Shown here: piece by piece, positions 51,563 through 51,688 of the stretch
Numbering within the stretch: the first letter of the stretch is position 1
How the letters are laid out: each line of letters starts with the position of its first letter
Origin: an uncultured Candidatus Saccharibacteria bacterium
Lineage (GTDB): Bacteria > Patescibacteriota > Minisyncoccia > Phycocordibacterales > CAYGLL01
Length of the DNA stretch: 51,688 nt
Assembly (NCBI GenBank): GCA_964350935.1
Contig: CAYGLL010000007.1
Coordinates: 1-51,688, forward strand
Reading direction: 5' to 3'
The notes under the pieces: model-generated
The model's input: the letters and a program-made list of their open reading frames with translations, nothing else
The model's database searches: none
What the model was told of the DNA's origin: nothing
Program-made: the position numbers and the translations under genes

Positions 51563-51688
51563 ATATTGGGAAATTATAGCCTGTTCATCTCAATAAAAAA
51601 AGTTATATCTATTCAGCTCTTTATCATGTTTTACGTATAACGGTCAATAGCTTCTGACCACTTCATGTATTTTCTCTTGCGGCGTTTT

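Noticed and set aside
1-51688. CRISPR arrays, tRNA/rRNA genes, IS elements, integrases, alternative genetic code
   Set aside because: I saw no regularly spaced direct repeats, cloverleaf-compatible GTTCRA T-arms, or transposase/integrase-like ORFs. Long ORFs are intact under the standard code, and TGA is used as a genuine stop (for example telA, the GNAT genes, the bPH_2 gene), so there is no sign of UGA reassignment.

Overview
This is a 51.7-kb bacterial window with most genes on the minus strand.

Backbone genes are informational or housekeeping:
- rpoB-rpoC-dnaG-rpoD (26.6-37.3 kb).
- trmD, a KH protein and rpsP, which look like remnants of the rpsP-rimM-trmD operon.
- hisS, rnr and smc.
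- A UvrD-type helicase fused to a Cas4/AddB-like nuclease.
- An RRM RNA-binding protein, a GT39 glycosyltransferase, an M23 peptidase, a ZIP transporter, a DsbA-like protein and an orphan histidine kinase.

Several proteins are minimised: HisRS lacks an anticodon-binding domain, SMC is 750 aa with no hinge, and RpoB is 1058 aa. This suggests a small-genome, Patescibacteria/CPR-like organism, but that is inference only. I saw no rRNA, tRNA, CRISPR array, integrase or transposase.

Five things stand out:
1. A family of at least five structured intergenic elements. The 65-nt core is P1 - GACGTAGAGYGAGA - P2 - CGARCCGAGRA - P1'. The helices covary between copies while the purine-rich internal loop stays fixed. 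Two copies bracket rpoD, one lies inverted upstream of the GT39 gene, and a ~470-nt hairpin-dense locus (18.6-19.0 kb) is built from related modules.
2. A visibly G+C-richer ~11.8-kb block (3.7-15.6 kb). It encodes TelA plus an XpaC-like protein linked to a NitT/TauT-type ABC importer, two paralogous binding-protein::OmpA fusions, a vWA lipoprotein, and an ARC/Mpa-type AAA+ unfoldase. The unfoldase has a translationally coupled 59-aa disordered protein, but no proteasome or pupylation genes are present.
3. An exact 595-bp tandem duplication of the dnaG 5' end.
4. Four monocistronic mini-genes (two GNATs, a 76-aa and a 97-aa protein), each carrying the same terminator-promoter-leader module, inserted inside the rpsP-trmD operon.
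5. A 960-aa protein with a C-terminal SLOG/LSDAT-like domain, convergent with a G+C-rich nucleoside 2-deoxyribosyltransferase-like gene.

All functional calls come from motif recognition by eye, not from database searches.
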